Virus record (IMG/VR): IMGVR_UViG_3300030382_001515
Coordinates: 1-57,075 of that record
DNA length: 57,075 bases
Strand: one strand, 5' to 3'
DNA from: a virus
Lineage: Duplodnaviria; Caudoviricetes
The notes under the pieces: model-generated
Databases searched by the model: none
What the model saw: only the letters and a program-made list of their open reading frames with translations
Told to the model about the DNA's origin: nothing
Shown: piece by piece, positions 57,001-57,075 of the stretch
How positions within the stretch are numbered: position 1 is the first letter of the stretch
Layout: every line of letters starts with the position of its first letter
Translations under genes and position numbers: made by a program

Positions 57001-57075
57001 GCAACACCTATAAATACAGAAAAAGGGATTGGTTACTCACCAGATGATATTGATGTAGGTGGTGCAAAAACGCTT
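54019..57075 (+). CDS. Internal virion protein (gp15-like position), copy B, 3'-truncated; absent from track
   Basis: ATGA coupling; MTSSGGRNQFQITPKRSQFE... aligns with 10282 ORF; shares RIDPL, ATNGAVQPW and PVNGEIVEVGNNK. Confidence 0.75.
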   Translation, partial: MTSSGGRNQFQITPKRSQFEDLAPQAEKPELPGAPAQPNKERYQTGGQLYDKSSFQPDNRLQSAVDSIEAFIDPQTGGWTKSQEMLLQHWRGESQKIADSVRQADSWLDSVDAATKNAEKTADVVRLLEKKGEIELARETALNDNTNAFYYWDAVAYDAGRDAAITLRDIGVKDLQHIASLDETKRGLYIQKLASGALKGTEHIPSAARAARIDPLMASVTAELKAEANSRAREFKDDIDRRTSTQLLRGAVSETSRLIFADKDGPVAVSRLRSGLTNQRGFWMITKGKSGKFATEQLSLSIQNGDLFVDVAGATDSQGNPIGDSWNDWGQAGVGIDASYFLKSLDGMMVPDGNGGMINQLEAKDSKGITIRERIQEYGKKQSALYTAHLKAKETSLSAITKNYKRGIVNESNDWDEKNPGASYQQIETQRNKVRASIEKDMESNGTLKDLFGDGDIEKLLNRAYPLDLLKTPVELRNDVLDAVELSIYEDGDLEIPPDIMRMMTNNDGKLYDVYKDVRKTYRDANKEAFKTNRTLIKNLVRENVTSLKGELPVILRDHPGLTDLYNGSNEGKAHAKDLVDAAKAKIFPILEPKFNELLRKKYRAALVAKKDINSEAVQKEIYNSALNDLKSDPLLGDIDSWIVKVPGTNQWKLRNIAKPEGVVLSYPNGRFVPGQINTPTGNGNKANFTYSDNGLSASLYYQGEFVGPNARSAFDEFTRDTILIPEDHLKAWSHARTLLSQGKPIPDGLITNDMRETLTNLSTRATNGAVQPWELLKRSHEVFYGNTKMNALGLSDEDNKGFYQQLGSLTGSVSASNNADDSMDASSITVKPMTRLIYGVNNYGVSVSLTKGNDQQFSNDVPTPVNGEIVEVGNNKIDGNFIVIRTNSKSNYNEKGDLVKISNLAETNVEVGDVVEPGEQIGLQGDDTDLNSGERSTTGQIVSPGHLTVQIFQGDTGEVGTDTQYSQGYNTAFVNGMFIPLYTDVLAAANEVPATPINTEKGIGYSPDDIDVGGAKTL

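Larger units (their letters stand above)
43659..57075 (+). repeat. Copy B of structural module (diverged homolog of 1-~13400)
   Basis: Collinear homologs of the genes from nrdB end to the gp15-like protein. Confidence 0.95.

Noticed and set aside
1-57075. Prophage, tRNA genes, introns/inteins, diversity-generating retroelement
   Set aside because: No host genes, integrase, att-like tRNA, cloverleaf, split core genes or reverse transcriptase seen by eye.

Overview
The window is T7-like (podovirus-type) phage DNA, most likely from a marine cyanophage of picocyanobacteria. Positions 1-43658 read as one complete, circularly permuted genome of about 43.7 kb. Gene order: 3' end of nrdB, portal, scaffold, major capsid, tail tube/nozzle, three internal virion proteins, two tail fibres, an envelope-protein cassette, terminases, the probable genome end, small early genes, SSB, endonuclease I, primase/helicase, DNA polymerase A, endonuclease VII, exonuclease, MazG-like protein and a minimal class I ribonucleotide reductase. 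Positions 43659-43756 repeat 1-98 exactly. From there the sequence continues into a diverged second copy of the structural module, so the window is probably an assembly chimera of two related phages, or else a real tandem. No phage RNA polymerase, integrase, psbA/hli or recognisable endolysin is visible. The most unusual part is 31.0-35.3 kb. It is bracketed by an inverted pair of helically spaced ACTG/CAGT repeat arrays. It holds tandem LexA boxes, Fur-like boxes and DnaA boxes, a Downstream-peptide (glutamine-II) riboswitch controlling a 16-aa YRG peptide, and a tiny outer-membrane beta-barrel gene. Together these suggest a host-state-sensing module in an RNAP-less T7-like phage. All family calls are by-eye motif recognition; no searches were run.
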